64,000 bases of DNA, taken from contig JBEUKZ010000022.1 of the NCBI GenBank assembly GCA_048128005.1, forward strand, positions 1 through 64,000. Reading direction: 5' to 3'. Position 1 is the stretch's first letter. Each line of letters opens with the position of its first letter. Position numbers and translations under genes: made by a program. Shown one piece after another: positions 1-11,587 of the stretch. This stretch comes from Veleropilina oligotropha (Eukaryota). A model generated the notes under the pieces. That model ran no database searches, was not told the DNA's origin, and saw nothing but the letters and a program-made list of their open reading frames with translations.

Positions 1-86
1 AATGGGAAAAGAAGGCTCCCCACGCCCGTTTGAACAGAGCTGGTAGTAAGAGCCCTTGGGGACGACCCGTTACCCTCGCCGGCCCG
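1..86. repeat. Left terminal inverted repeat of copy A (partial)
   Basis: Reverse complement of 14190-14275 with about 3 mismatches. Confidence 0.95.
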
Positions 87-141
87 GGCTCTTCTTTTAG
101 ACATACCCACTGCAACGGATATACCCACTGCAAAGGATACG

Positions 142-426
142 ATGAAGGGCCAAGACACCTGTCAATGGCTCACCATAAGCTCCACGGAGCTATGCGGTAG
201 GAGTTGTCTGAGAGAGTTTTGCAAAGTCCACCTGGCTCGGCTCCGGAAGGGCCGGGGTACAGAGCCCTGCAGCAAATGCGGAAAAGGCATCATAAACCGG
301 TTTATGTTGTGCCGGGGTTGTGGGTATGAGAATGAGAACGTTAAGGACTGGGGACGAAAGAAAAGGGCCTTCAAGAGAGAGTTTCTCCGTATGGCTGCAA
401 TTTACCACACGGAAATTTCCTATTAG
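142..426 (+). CDS. Small Cys/His-rich putative zinc-binding protein
   Basis: 94 aa with C..C..C..C..H and CxxC...CxxC (CSKC, CRGC). First ORF after the TIR. Confidence 0.6.
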   Translation: MKGQDTCQWLTISSTELCGRSCLREFCKVHLARLRKGRGTEPCSKCGKGIINRFMLCRGCGYENENVKDWGRKKRAFKREFLRMAAIYHTEISY

Positions 427-462
427 AGAGACACTTATCATGATGTATACCCACCCAGCAGC

Positions 463-3400
463 ATGGCGACTATTGATGACTACATAGACCAACTGCTCGC
501 GGAAGCATCTGAAACTCTCCGGGATGTGGTTCAGAACATTATAGATGAACCTATCCCAGAAGAAGTGAAAGAGCGCTTGTTGAAGCCGCTGGTTCCATGC
601 GCTGCGATTAAAACCCATCCACAGCGGCAGCACCAAACGGAGAGAAAACGGAAGGCCGTTGTTGAGGAATTTGACCCAATCACCCTCTCCAAAATGCCCC
701 GGACAGCCCAGGACTACCAGAAGGATCTTCTAGGGCTGTTTACCACAACAGAGGGGCAACAATGCATCGACCTGGATGACCAGGCCCCTCCCCCAGTAAG
801 GCTCCCAGCAGACGAGCCATGGGTGGAACTCTTGAACGACGCCAAAGACGAGTTTGAGGTCGATGGCGCCGCAGCGGCCTTCTCCACATGGAGGGTAGAA
901 GTAGAGAACATCGGCGACATTAAGATCGCACACGGTATCGAAGCGAGGGCTGGCCGGCTGGCCCTGGATGCCCGTATGACAGATGCGAGGGCGGTACAGC
1001 TCCTCACAGCCCTTCCAAAGGGCGAGTTTGTCCTGAGAATAAAGTTCTTGCGTGAGTGGCATGAAGGCGACTGGGTGATCGAAGACAAGTTTGACCCGGT
1101 GAAAGCTGCGAGAAAGAAGGGACAGGGTGTCTTTGAGATAGTCCATGACACTAAGCCAGGTGCTATAACTGGGGTCGACAACGTCTACTACGAGAACGCC
1201 TACCCGGTCACCGCAGTCGTCTACGGCCTCTACCCTCTCAGAGAACCAAACCCGCCAACCTGGTTCCAATGAAGAACGGCGATCTCAACTGCGTTGCCCA
1301 GAGAGTGGTTGAGCACTTCGAAGGTGCCCTGAGAGGAAACGGACTAACTCCGACAAGGCGGCAGAAAATACAGGAGAGGGAAGAGCGAGTTCATGAAACG
1401 GGAGCTTCAGTCGACGATGTGGCTGACCTTGAGAGGATCCTCAAACGGGCGATTATCTTGAGAGACATTGCTGGCGAGAGCATCTGGAACAGTGGGAAGT
1501 ACCAGGGCTGGCATAGACCAGTAGAACTCATATGTCACAACAGCCACGCCTGGCCCAAGGACCTTCATTTCCCACAGTCTCGCATGGTCCACCTGTATGA
1601 GGGCGATGTCTGGGAAGCTATCTGACAAGCCACACGTAATGAGCCATTAGCTGTCTGGCTCCTTGGCGGTAAAGACCGACAGCTCAACGTGGACCAGTTC
1701 GTGCTGCAAGACGGCCGCACTTACAGGACGAAAGAGGCTCACACCACTCTTCAGGAAGCCTGTAAGGCTCTGGGGAACGAGTCTCTTGCCGATCGAGCCT
1801 TTGGCGAGAACCATGCAGCTAGCATTATGGCCAAAGAGAACAATGGCTGGAAACCTACCCCGGCCAGCCTGCTCGATGACATCCAGAAGGCCTGCGTAGA
1901 GCATGGTCATGGTGGCCTTTGGAATTCCATGAGCTATGATACGAGAGATATCGTATTACTCGATATGAAAGCCTGCTACCCTGCCAGCTTTCAGGGGAAG
2001 GGCGAGGCTAAGCCGTACTTCGAAAGATTCGGACACCCAACCCACAGCATGATGCGGCTCACAATTAACGGTCCTCTTCCCCAAGAAATCAGTACTGGCT
2101 TTGCCGAGGTCGTGGAATGGGAGTTTGCACAAGAAATCCACCCCACCATTCCCACCTGGTTCGGAAAGCACTTTGCAGAGAATAGCTGGGCACCAACCCC
2201 GCTGCTCGCCTTCCTCATAGAATCTGGACTGCTAAAAAGCCTCAAGATCCGAGAAGCCATCATCGCAGTCAAAAAGCAGACCGATGTCTGGCTTCCTGAG
2301 AACCGTGACCAGGGCTGCAGCATCATCGGCAAATTTACTCAGGGCAGCAAAGCTGATGGCAAAAGATTGACACGAAGGCTTGTGATTGACCAGGGAGAGC
2401 TTGACTTCCTGGTAAGAGACACCCGCCAAAGCGGTACCCTGGTCGGCGCACCTCAAAGGTGCCCTATGGGGCACATCCTCACGTACTATAATGGCTCGCA
2501 GCCACAGTATACCCACCTGAGGGCATCGATGCTGGCCTATGCCCACATAAACATGCTCTCAATGCTTCAGCGTTTCACCCCTGAGGAGGCTGTCCGAGTG
2601 GCCAATGACAGCATCTACCTCAAGAAGGCCTCGTTGGAGAAGCTCGACGATGTCAAGGCGTACGTTGCCCCCCAACTCTGCGACTGTGGCGAGAAATCGT
2701 GCATCTCCTGTCTGATCGGGGAGACGTACCTTCCGCCAGTAGCACCGGCCCAGTGGCGTGACAAGGGCGAACAGCTGTATATGCCACAGGAACATGCCGC
2801 ATACCTGCCCAAGCCAGAGTATTGTTGTGCTGCCAATTCCAGCCAGCCAAGCACCGCGCCATGCTACAATGACACACTGACCCACCATCGCCTGAGTTAC
2901 ATCAATGGTGGAGGGGGCTGTGGCAAGACTACGAGAGCGATCGAGCTCTTTCGGGCAAGAAATCCCATTGTGTTCACGCCAACCCACCGCCTCGCTAAAG
3001 AAATGCGGACCAGGGGGGTCAAAGCCCAGACCTACCACAGCTTCTTCCGATGGAGCGGCCAGAACGACTGGACACCCGACCGCATGGGTCAGAGGTTCAT
3101 CCCCCACGTCATTATCTGGGACGAGGTCTGTACTGTTTCCAGGCCTATTCTAGAGATGTTTTTGGACTGGCTGGGCCAACACGAAGTTCAGGTTATCTGC
3201 TGTGGGGACCAGGGCCAGCCACCACCGATTACGGGGGAGATGCCGCACGATTGGCTGCGAAAGACCGCGGACTACTATGAAGAGGTCGAAGTAGACTACA
3301 GGGCGAAAGACCACCCTGCCCTCCAAGCCCTGAAAAGGCGTATCCGCCTCCAGCCCGACAAAGTCCAGTGCCAGGAAATGCGTAAGACTCTCCCCAGCTG

Positions 3401-3866
3401 CCTTGGATGGGACCGGTTTGTCGAAGCCTGGAAGCCTGGTGACCTAATCCTCACCAGCCGTCAGAAGGTCCGCGAACGGGCTCAAGAGCTGTTGCTCCAG
3501 AGGCACAAGGACAATTTCCCAGACTCCCAGGTGCCTATCCTGTATCACCCCAAGGACAGCAGAAAGCAGAATATTGCTGTAACCATCCCCGGCACAGCGC
3601 GCAGCGAACAGCTAGTTCTCAACGACGTCGTTGAGGCCGCTGAGCGGGCTATCCTGACCCCGGATTGGCGCCTGGGCTATGCTCTCACCATCTATTCGAG
3701 CCAGGGTCTAACCATTCACAACCCACAGCAAGTATGGATCATCGACGACTACCTTCAGTGGAGTAATCTCGCCTACCTAGCCGTGTCCCGGGTGGAGTAT
3801 CTGCATCAGCTCGAACGGGTAACCTGTCCTCCGGATGAGGGTTCTGCGGACAGCCCCCCAAACTGA
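463..3866 (+). pseudogene. Divergent protein-primed family B DNA polymerase fused to SF1 (RecD/Pif1-like) helicase; frameshift near 1270, in-frame TGA at 1623
   Basis: PolB-like motifs LDMKACYP (A), IIGKF (B remnant), VANDS (C). Helicase motifs GGGGCGKTT, IIWDE, CGDQGQPPP, YALTIxSSQGLT, YLAVSRV. ORFs 1269 and 1689 share a frame. Confidence 0.8.
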
Positions 3867-4132
3867 GCAGCAGCTCCGAAAGACCACGCAGAAAAAGCTT
3901 GTGGCATATAAACGCCAGGACCAGGCAAAGGGACTCCAGGGATTTAACCTCAAGGTCGAGGACATCCTGCAGCTCAAAGAAGCCCAAAACAACCGCTGCG
4001 CAGCATGCGACATAGAGCTGCTCTGGGCATATGCCCCGTGTGGACAACAGCAGGGGCCACACCCGCGACAACGTGCACTTAACGTGCCTGGAATGTAACC
4101 GAAAAAGAGGGGCTGCTGCTGTCAACGCTTGA
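3835..4132 (+). pseudogene. HNH-type Zn-binding nuclease, copy A (internal deletion)
   Basis: Matches the intact copy B ORF 15241-15573; deletion near 4036 shifts the frame. Confidence 0.7.
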
Positions 4133-4991
4133 GAACTCCAACTGGTGGCAGCTGGGTGTCACGAGGCACTACGAGCAGTTCCTCACGAACAAACCCATGC
4201 GGTGGTCCATCAAGCAAGTAGTAGAGCACAGGCTCGTCAGGTTTAGTGATGGAGCGTCCAAGCCGGTGAACCATCAAAGACCACACCGGGTCAGTCGCTC
4301 ACCGGCGACCACCCACCAACTCACCGGGTTGGTATAGGTATCGAACATCTACGTCAGAGGGGAGTTTCTGTTCCTTCCCCTGTCGGCCTGGAACAGTGGA
4401 AGAGGGATTTTGTGCAATGCAAGGCGCCTTGATGGCGTCCTTGGGCTTTTTACCGCTCAGCGAGCGTCCGGTTGAAGCGCTCCATGATCCCTTGATCATG
4501 ATGGATATCCACACGGCCACTCCTAACCTCGACGTTATATGTAGCCAGCAGCTGGGAAACCACGCCCATAAACTCCCTCCCTGGGTCGACTTGAAGCAGT
4601 TTCGGCCAGCTAAGAGGACTCCGCCTGTAGATTCGAGACAGAGCTTCACCAACCCCTTTGACCTCTTTTGTGGCCAGTGGCTCAGCCTCTTTGTAGCGTG
4701 AGGCCACGTCGACAACTGTAAGCGCATACTTGTACGTTTTACGGCCGACCTTGTCATGTGGGAGAAACAGGAGGTCGGCTTGGTGAACCTCGTTTGGCAT
4801 TACGACGTCGAATTTTGGTCTTGAAATGTGCCGTGGCATGGGTAAATAGATTTGCCAGATGGCCTGCTTCTTCAGCCAATCCCGGGCCACGTCTTCAGAG
4901 ACATCTACTGTGGCCGAGAGATGTTGTATCGCGGTGATCCCTTTCCAGTAGCCTCGGGGCTATAGTAGATATTCGCAAGCTTCCGGTCCAT
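4122..4991 (-). pseudogene. rve/DDE integrase, copy A (internal deletion near 4455)
   Basis: HQADLLFL, LQVDPGREF, GIMERFN. Collinear with the intact copy B ORF 15563-16606. Confidence 0.9.
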
Positions 4992-5220
4992 TCCGCGCCA
5001 TCGAGACTTGCGAGGTATTCCAGCAACTTGATCAGTCTCCAACAGTCACCATAGTCTTTTCGTTGCGCCGCCAGCAGTCGAGTGACGTAGTACCAAGGGG
5101 TGGGCCGTGGATTTTGTGCCTTTGGGCAGCAAGGCCCACCTCCTGCATGGCAAAGTACAGCTCTTCTTGGAGTCCCATTATATGTGCACACGAAAAAATG
5201 TCCAAACGGGGACATGGGAC

Positions 5221-5670
5221 TTAGGGTAGGAGCTTGTAGGCTAACAACCCGGTCGCAGCCATCCCCAGGATGACGAAGGTGATCTCTCGTTCCTTCTGGT
5301 CAGCGCTCAGCGTGTAGTAGTCGGACAGGGCGGGCTCAGGGCCACCCCCCAGGGCGGGGTCGAGGTTCTTGCCGGTGATCAATGCATACTCACGGATTGC
5401 GGCGTCAACATCCCGGAAAGTGCCAACGGCATGACCCTGGCGGCGAAGTTCAATGTTAAGCCAATCGAGACGCTCTGCCCTCTTGTGGGACCATTTAGTC
5501 TGAGCGGCCTGGAGCTGCTCTACGGCTGGGTCGTGGCGTTTACGCTCCTCATCAACACCTGAGCTGCGTAGCTTCGAAAACAGGAAGTTCGACCCGCTGA
5601 AGGCAAGGGCGTTGACAAGAGCGCCCCCAACCAGCATCGCTATGGAGGCCATTGTCTTGCGGTACAGCAC
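5221..5670 (-). CDS. Viral membrane protein (N- and C-terminal hydrophobic segments, central charged helix)
   Basis: MASIAMLVGGALVNALAF...ITFVILGMAATGLLAYKLL. Also present in copy B. Confidence 0.7.
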   Translation of the reverse strand: MLYRKTMASIAMLVGGALVNALAFSGSNFLFSKLRSSGVDEERKRHDPAVEQLQAAQTKWSHKRAERLDWLNIELRRQGHAVGTFRDVDAAIREYALITGKNLDPALGGGPEPALSDYYTLSADQKEREITFVILGMAATGLLAYKLLP

Positions 5671-5672
5671 TA

Positions 5673-5912
5673 CTACTTCAATATGTCGGCTGGGATGATG
5701 CCTTGCTTGATCAGCATATCCTTCGTCGCCATGGCGAGCGCTACGTCGAGGACGACCATCCCGACATCATAACCAGTGAAGTCCAGTTTGGGGCTTACCC
5801 CCTTGAAGGCCATCTTTACCAGGCGTGAGTAGCCAATGGCAAGGCCAGACACTATGGCAGAATGATAGACGGCGTTGCCGAGCATCTTTCCATCGGTGAT
5901 TGGGGTAGTCAT
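5673..5912 (-). CDS. Small hydrophobic viral protein (79 aa)
   Basis: Two hydrophobic stretches, tightly packed with its neighbours, present in both copies. Confidence 0.65.
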   Translation of the reverse strand: MTTPITDGKMLGNAVYHSAIVSGLAIGYSRLVKMAFKGVSPKLDFTGYDVGMVVLDVALAMATKDMLIKQGIIPADILK

Positions 5913-5948
5913 GTTGTTGATTAGTACAAGTTGCTACTGCTACTCGAC

Positions 5949-6464
5949 CTATCGCATATGGAACGGGTTGTGCTTAGTCTCCAATTCGAGAGCCGGCTGC
6001 CTGGCATCCGCGACCTGCGGTACACGGGGCTGTTGATGTGGTGTGGATACACCTCTGCCGCGTTTCCAGACAACAAATAACAGCGCAACCCCGCCCGCAG
6101 CGAAGAGTCCATGGGTCCAATTCAATGGGTCCAATTTCCGTGTAGCTGACACTGCGCCCCCGGCGCGAAAGTCGTTTTCGACCGCGGTCACCTCGGCCGG
6201 GGTATTACCACTGTGTGGCTGTGCCAGTTCCGAAGGAACGACCTGTGAGGTATCATCCAATGTGCTGACGGATACTTGTCGAGTGTCTTCCTTAAGTTTT
6301 CTAACCTCGGCAAGTAGCCTCTCCTGTTTGGCTTTCCGAGCAGCAGCACCGGCCCGACCTGCAGCCACCTTTTTAGGGTCCTTCCCCAAAGAAGAAGTCA
6401 CCCTCTCTATCGGCTGGCTCTCCGGCTGGCTCGCTAGCATTTGGTCCACTTCCTGCGTTGTCAT
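5949..6464 (-). CDS. Viral protein with basic helix, one TM segment and C-terminal NPF
   Basis: KDPKKVAAGRAGAAARKAKQE; GLFAAGGVALLFVVW; HNPFHMR. Open in both copies. Confidence 0.65.
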   Translation of the reverse strand: MTTQEVDQMLASQPESQPIERVTSSLGKDPKKVAAGRAGAAARKAKQERLLAEVRKLKEDTRQVSVSTLDDTSQVVPSELAQPHSGNTPAEVTAVENDFRAGGAVSATRKLDPLNWTHGLFAAGGVALLFVVWKRGRGVSTPHQQPRVPQVADARQPALELETKHNPFHMR

Positions 6465-6990
6465 CTTGATCTCGCTCTCGCTCTATCTTGGGCAGGCAAA
6501 CATGTCCAAATTGGCAGTGTTTAGCCGTGGTCAGCACGGCGGTCAGCGGTGCCAGGTACATTCCGTATTTGTGATACAACTCACAGCTTGCAGTGCAAAG
6601 CGTGTGTGAGATGAAAGGGTCGGCCTCCAGGTCGGCGATCAGTCATAGTAGGTTTTCCCGTGAAATGGGCAAGACTGTCCCCGCTGCACCCGCATAGAGA
6701 TGAATCGCGGCAGTTCCCAGGGTCTTCGTCATTTCGGCACCGAGCTTCGCTTCGTACCTTGCGTGGTGCTTGTCAATCTCATCATCGGTCAAAGCGTCGA
6801 TCCGGTCAACCGTGATGTTGCTCCCCAAGTATTTGCCTGCCGGTCCTCCAATGGCTAATGCTGCAAGCCTCTCCCGCTTTTTTGCCACGCCGGTTTCATG
6901 TTCCTCGCCACGTTCGGTCGTCGAGCGGAAAGGGCCACAGACGGTTGTTTCTTGTTAGTCGTCCATGAGTTGATCGATGAGGCTGTCCAT
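6373..6990 (-). pseudogene. Conserved hypothetical viral protein, copy A (stops)
   Basis: Fragments 6643-6888 and 6373-6579 match the intact copy B ORF 18036-18779. Confidence 0.7.
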
Positions 6991-7112
6991 CCTTAAGCGT
7001 TTCCAACATCGCCAGTACCACCATGTTACGAGTAACAGCAACAGAAGGCTCTGGCTGCAAGCAACGGCATAGCATACAGCGTCCAACATGCTGGGTAGAT
7101 GCTGGGTAGATG

Positions 7113-7719
7113 CTATAGCACTATAAGCAATGGGCTGATCAGTTTTCAACAGAAGCTTAGCGTGTCTGGTCTCGGCCAACAGCCGGCGCACCGCAGTCTG
7201 TTCATCTTGCGACCCGATGACATCGTTCTCGCGAAGAGAGTCTTCAAAACTATCGTGGTCCTTGCAGTGAAACAGCGCGACCCAGCGGGTCTGCTCTCTG
7301 AGTTCCTTCAAGACCGAGTTGTATTTTGCGTCACCACCCATACACTCTGTTCGGCATGCCTTCCGCTAAAGGCCAACTCAGTCAGCATATCCTGCCTTTT
7401 GGCAATCGCCTTGCTGGCGGCGCAGTCATCGATGATGCATAGGGTTGATTCCCCCACAACCAATCATGGAGTCGCTCACCGGGGGGGTCAAGTACACCTC
7501 CGGGTCGGTCCAGATCCATGGACAGGACTGGTATGCTTTGTTGTACTTGATCGTGGGGCAGAGAATTACAATGTGCCGGAACACCCCTCGATAGACTCCT
7601 TTCAGCAGTTCAAGCATGAAAACCGTCTTCCCACACCCAGTCTGGCCGCAAATGATTGCGGAGTGGGGGTCCGTGGTGTGCGGAAACCGTTTAGTACAGT
7701 GCTGCGACAAAGCATCCAT
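7113..7719 (-). pseudogene. A32/FtsK-HerA-like DNA packaging ATPase, copy A
   Basis: Walker A GQTGCGKT and Walker B IIDDC; frameshifts and a deletion. Confidence 0.85.
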
Positions 7720-8994
7720 TCTCGATGTTCAGCTGTGCATCCATGATCACGTACAGGTAAACGTTCAACGGGCCGGCTGCTTCACCCGTCTTAGTGATCT
7801 GGATGGTGATACCCTCGCTGGCGTTCTCTACCCTCCGGCCTGACCCATGCAGCTGGTCGTCGTCGGTTACCCGCTTGTCTATCCAAAATGCGTACTTTTG
7901 GTCAAGAACTCGCCCAGGGTAACGTCTGCCAGTGCCAACTCTTTTGCAACCAACGCCACCTCAGGGTGCCGCTTGCTGATCGGGTTGGAGGTGAACAGTT
8001 TCTTGGCTTCTTCCCACACCTGGTAGGAACGCATGCCCTGGCTGTAGAGTTGATTCGGTACACCCTCAATGGTGACCTCGACCTTTGTGATCTTCGGATT
8101 GTAGAAGGCCTCGGTGTCCCTCGCGAATGGTGCGGCGTCTCTCACGGGGTCCTCAAACAGCAGTAGGATCCCTTTCATGGACCGCGCCGGTACATTCACG
8201 TTCAGATTCCACAAGGTGTCGCTCTTGTCTCTGGTGAGCTTACGATGCCGGAGCACACGGTCGTAGAGGATGGCGAGGCGGCCCGAGTACTGGTTTCGTA
8301 TAAGCATGGCCAGTTCTACCTGGGTGACCATATCATATTACAGGCTAATATTCGAGATGTCATAGCTAGAGCCGGGGTCGTCAGTGTCCTTGATCGTCCG
8401 CGTATGGTCGTTGAACGTTAGCTCGTACTCGAGACGGTCCCCCAGTGCACTCTGATAGAAGGGCATGTGGCTTTCTAGCAATTCGAAGTCCAACGGGATG
8501 CGGTACCGAGGACCGTAAGCGAACTAGATGGCCACATCCTCAGAAACTCTGAAGGCGTCTGCCGCACCAACACGATGCTTCGTAGTGTTTTGTCCATCGC
8601 TGGTATCAATCCCCTGGTATTGGGCGCTATTGCGCTCCTGGGGTGTCTTCCAGAGATCGCAGTAGCAGTGATACACGTCGGAGTCGTCGATAGACATTAT
8701 CTCGTTTCCACTGATCTTGATCGTGGTCTTCTTGATCACGGCACGGCCAATATTCTGAACTACGGTTCTGTTCGGGTTAGCCGAGTTCAGAGAAATCGTA
8801 AATGCAAGGTGGGCAGTCCCCGGAACGATCACGTCATGAGCCCCGAGATTAGGGAACCGAACCAACAGCTGCTGGTTGGCGGCAATGGTTGATGGGTTGT
8901 TGGTTATGGTGACCGACTGGCGAATACCCTTGACCCCAAGGGGCTCTCGCAGTCTGCGGTATGGATCAAGCATGCGTCCATATAGGCTGGCCAT
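7691..8994 (-). pseudogene. Major capsid protein (double jelly-roll, inferred), copy A, with stops
   Basis: Beta-strand-rich frame of about 434 codons beside the ATPase. In-frame TAG at 8524 and further lesions. Collinear with copy B. Confidence 0.75.
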
Positions 8995-9006
8995 GTTGTT
9001 GTTGCT

Positions 9007-10314
9007 ATGGCTGAATTAGATGCGTATCCAAGCGGTTGTATTCAAATGGCTGAATTCGAGAACCCCGCGTTCGAGCCCGACATCATCGACGATGATGATG
9101 TGGTTCCTTTCACTGACTGGACTGTGCCTCTGGCGCCACAGGAAGGAACCAGCGGTCTGCGGCAAGAGCTCGTTCAAACAGCGGTGGATGACTACTACAA
9201 CGCCCTGTCAAAGGAGGGGCAAACCCCCGCCATGGGGCGTGACTATTCCAGGTTCGATTACGTGGATGGGCGATTGCAGATGAAGGCCTATCCCCACATC
9301 GATCTCATCAATGCTAGCACCGGTAAACCCAAGTCTTTGGCAACCATAGCTGGCCGGCGTGGTGGGGGTAGTGCCATCAGAGATGGGTTGGGTTTCGTAG
9401 ACTGGAAGCGGGGGGGACCAAATATGTCCTCAAAATTTGTTGCAGCGCTTCAGACAGCCGACAATGAGTTGAGTGGTGCGGCCACCAATGTAGACAACGT
9501 GGAACTGCGGGACTTGGGGCGAACTGCTAATGCCGCGTCAGTCGCAATCCACAAAATGGAGACGACCTTCACAGATGCCTAGATTGATGAGATCTTGAGC
9601 ACGATGGGGGACCCTCCATTAAATCTTCGTGAGCTTCGCGGGCTTGACAAGGCGATGCAGACAATCCGGGGCGAGCTAACTAACAACCTGGCCAACCTAA
9701 CGGCGCTTAACGAACACATAGCTCTGGAGAAAAGGAAGCTCGATCAGGCAGATGAATGGGGCGTGGAAGATTTTGTTCGTCGACGAATCGCGGAACGTTT
9801 GCGCGGCTTAAATGATGAACGAGCAGCTCGCCTAGAGGCAGCCTCATCCAGCCGGGAGGCCCTTCGCTCTCAAATCAGCCGGATCCGAGAAATGATAAGT
9901 CGGATTCTCCACTCAGACACGACGCTGGCCGAGCGTATCCGGACCCTGTTCCGCGAGCAGGGGGTAACGATCATGACCATACTCACCGCGATTGGGTTGG
10001 CTATCTCGACTTTGGTACTAGCCCTAACAGGCGGAGCGCCGAGCATACCACAACCACCACCACCACCTTCCAGTGGTCAAGGGATAAAGGAGTGGGTAAA
10101 AAAGCAGCTGCAGAACCTGGGTCGGATTCTGGGCAAACTAGCAGGGAAGGCGGCTGCCGCACTCCCAGGAATACTTGGAAGCCTGATTTCCTGGCTTATC
10201 AACCTGGTCGGCAAGACAGCGTCCTGGCTTGCTGACAACCTGTGGGCTGTGATTATATCTGTTGGGGGCTTGCTTCTGCTTGCCGCTAGCCAGTGGGTGA
10301 AGCAAGCCAAATAA
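9007..10314 (+). pseudogene. Coiled-coil plus TM/amphipathic membrane protein (~435 aa), one in-frame TAG at 9580
   Basis: ORFs 9007-9582 and 9595-10314 share a frame, and copy B has GAG at the stop position. TM segment VTIMTILTAIGLAISTLVLAL, poly-Pro linker, amphipathic C-terminus. Confidence 0.75.
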
Positions 10315-11587
10315 ACGCCAGGCCAACGACAACACCACCCACGATGAGTGCGGTTTTCTCCTCGTCATGTGGGGCAGTGGCAGCTGTTCCAGCATCCGCC
10401 TCAGCATGTGGATGCTTCGGAGTGACTACCGGTATGCTTGCATCTGCGTGGGGAATGACCAGTCCTTTTTCTCCAGTCTCCCCAGTGGCGTTGGGGGGCA
10501 GCCCATTGGCTGTGTTGACGGTTGTATTAAGACCTAGGGTTTGGTCTTGTGTGGCAACGACGATCTTGTTGTTATACCCAGCGACCTGCCCGATTCGTAG
10601 AAGCATGTCACTTGGCGCCATATAAAGGCCAACGCCGAAGACGTAGTCCACCTTGGTCCTGGCATACTGCAACACGTCTTGGTACCATTTGATGGCTGAT
10701 GGCAGATCCACTGGAGATGCGATGGCATCAGCCACGTCTGCCAGGAACTGTTTTTGCGCGTCAAATGCTGTACCACTACCCAGAATACTTGCACGTGTCT
10801 GAGCCTGCGCTCCAAGAATCGCCCAGACGTAGGTCCTGATGGAATCGTTGTGCCTTTCCACGCCGGGTTGGGTAAACTCCACCGATTTATCGAGAATAAA
10901 CGAAGCCCAGCCATTTGTAAGCGCAGGCGCTTGCGCGATGTAGTCCACGTGCAGATTCGTGTTGGTCATACCTTTTGTGAACTACATTCGACTGGGATCA
11001 TACTCGTGCCCGATGTAGTGGTAGCCATTGTTCGTCCAGTAGCTGTACGCGGTGCTGAGCCCTTTATTGGGACCCTCGACTCGCCAGTCGGTATGTGGAG
11101 ACACCCCAAATTCGCTGCAGATCTTCTCATATGCCCTGCGGTCATATGGGGTGTCGAATGCATCCCATGTCATGTCTTGTGGCAGTGGCGCCTGAAATTC
11201 GGACAATACCCTCCTGACCTGATAGTAGACGTGGAAGGTGAATACGGCTCTAGTCAGGGGGTCGGCGGCATTCAAGTGGTCTTCTGCAAATACCCCGGAA
11301 CCTGTTGTAACACACCATACCGCGAAGTTAACCTTGTTCTGCCAAAACCGCATGGGCGTGCTGTTCCAATCCCATATTAGCCGGTCACTCGCAACGTGAG
11401 GGAGGTGGTATTTTTGGAAGACGTCGGGGTATGTTGCCCCGAATGCCGGATGTTCAGATGCTGATACGATGACGCTCGGTCTTGTAAGCTGCTCATCGTT
11501 GATCTTTGCTGGGTACAACCCACCGGTCTGATAGGCCGCACTCCTATTAAAAGCAAAGGCTCTCTTAGCCATAGCTATGTTCCACAT
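10286..11587 (-). pseudogene. Conserved viral protein with C-terminal TM anchor, copy A (frameshift near 10980)
   Basis: Two fragments that together match the intact 428-aa ORF 22010-23296. Confidence 0.75.

Noticed and set aside
3856..3863. C CCA AAC as a -1 slippery heptamer
   Set aside because: The HNH frame is +1; a -1 shift would enter a different frame.
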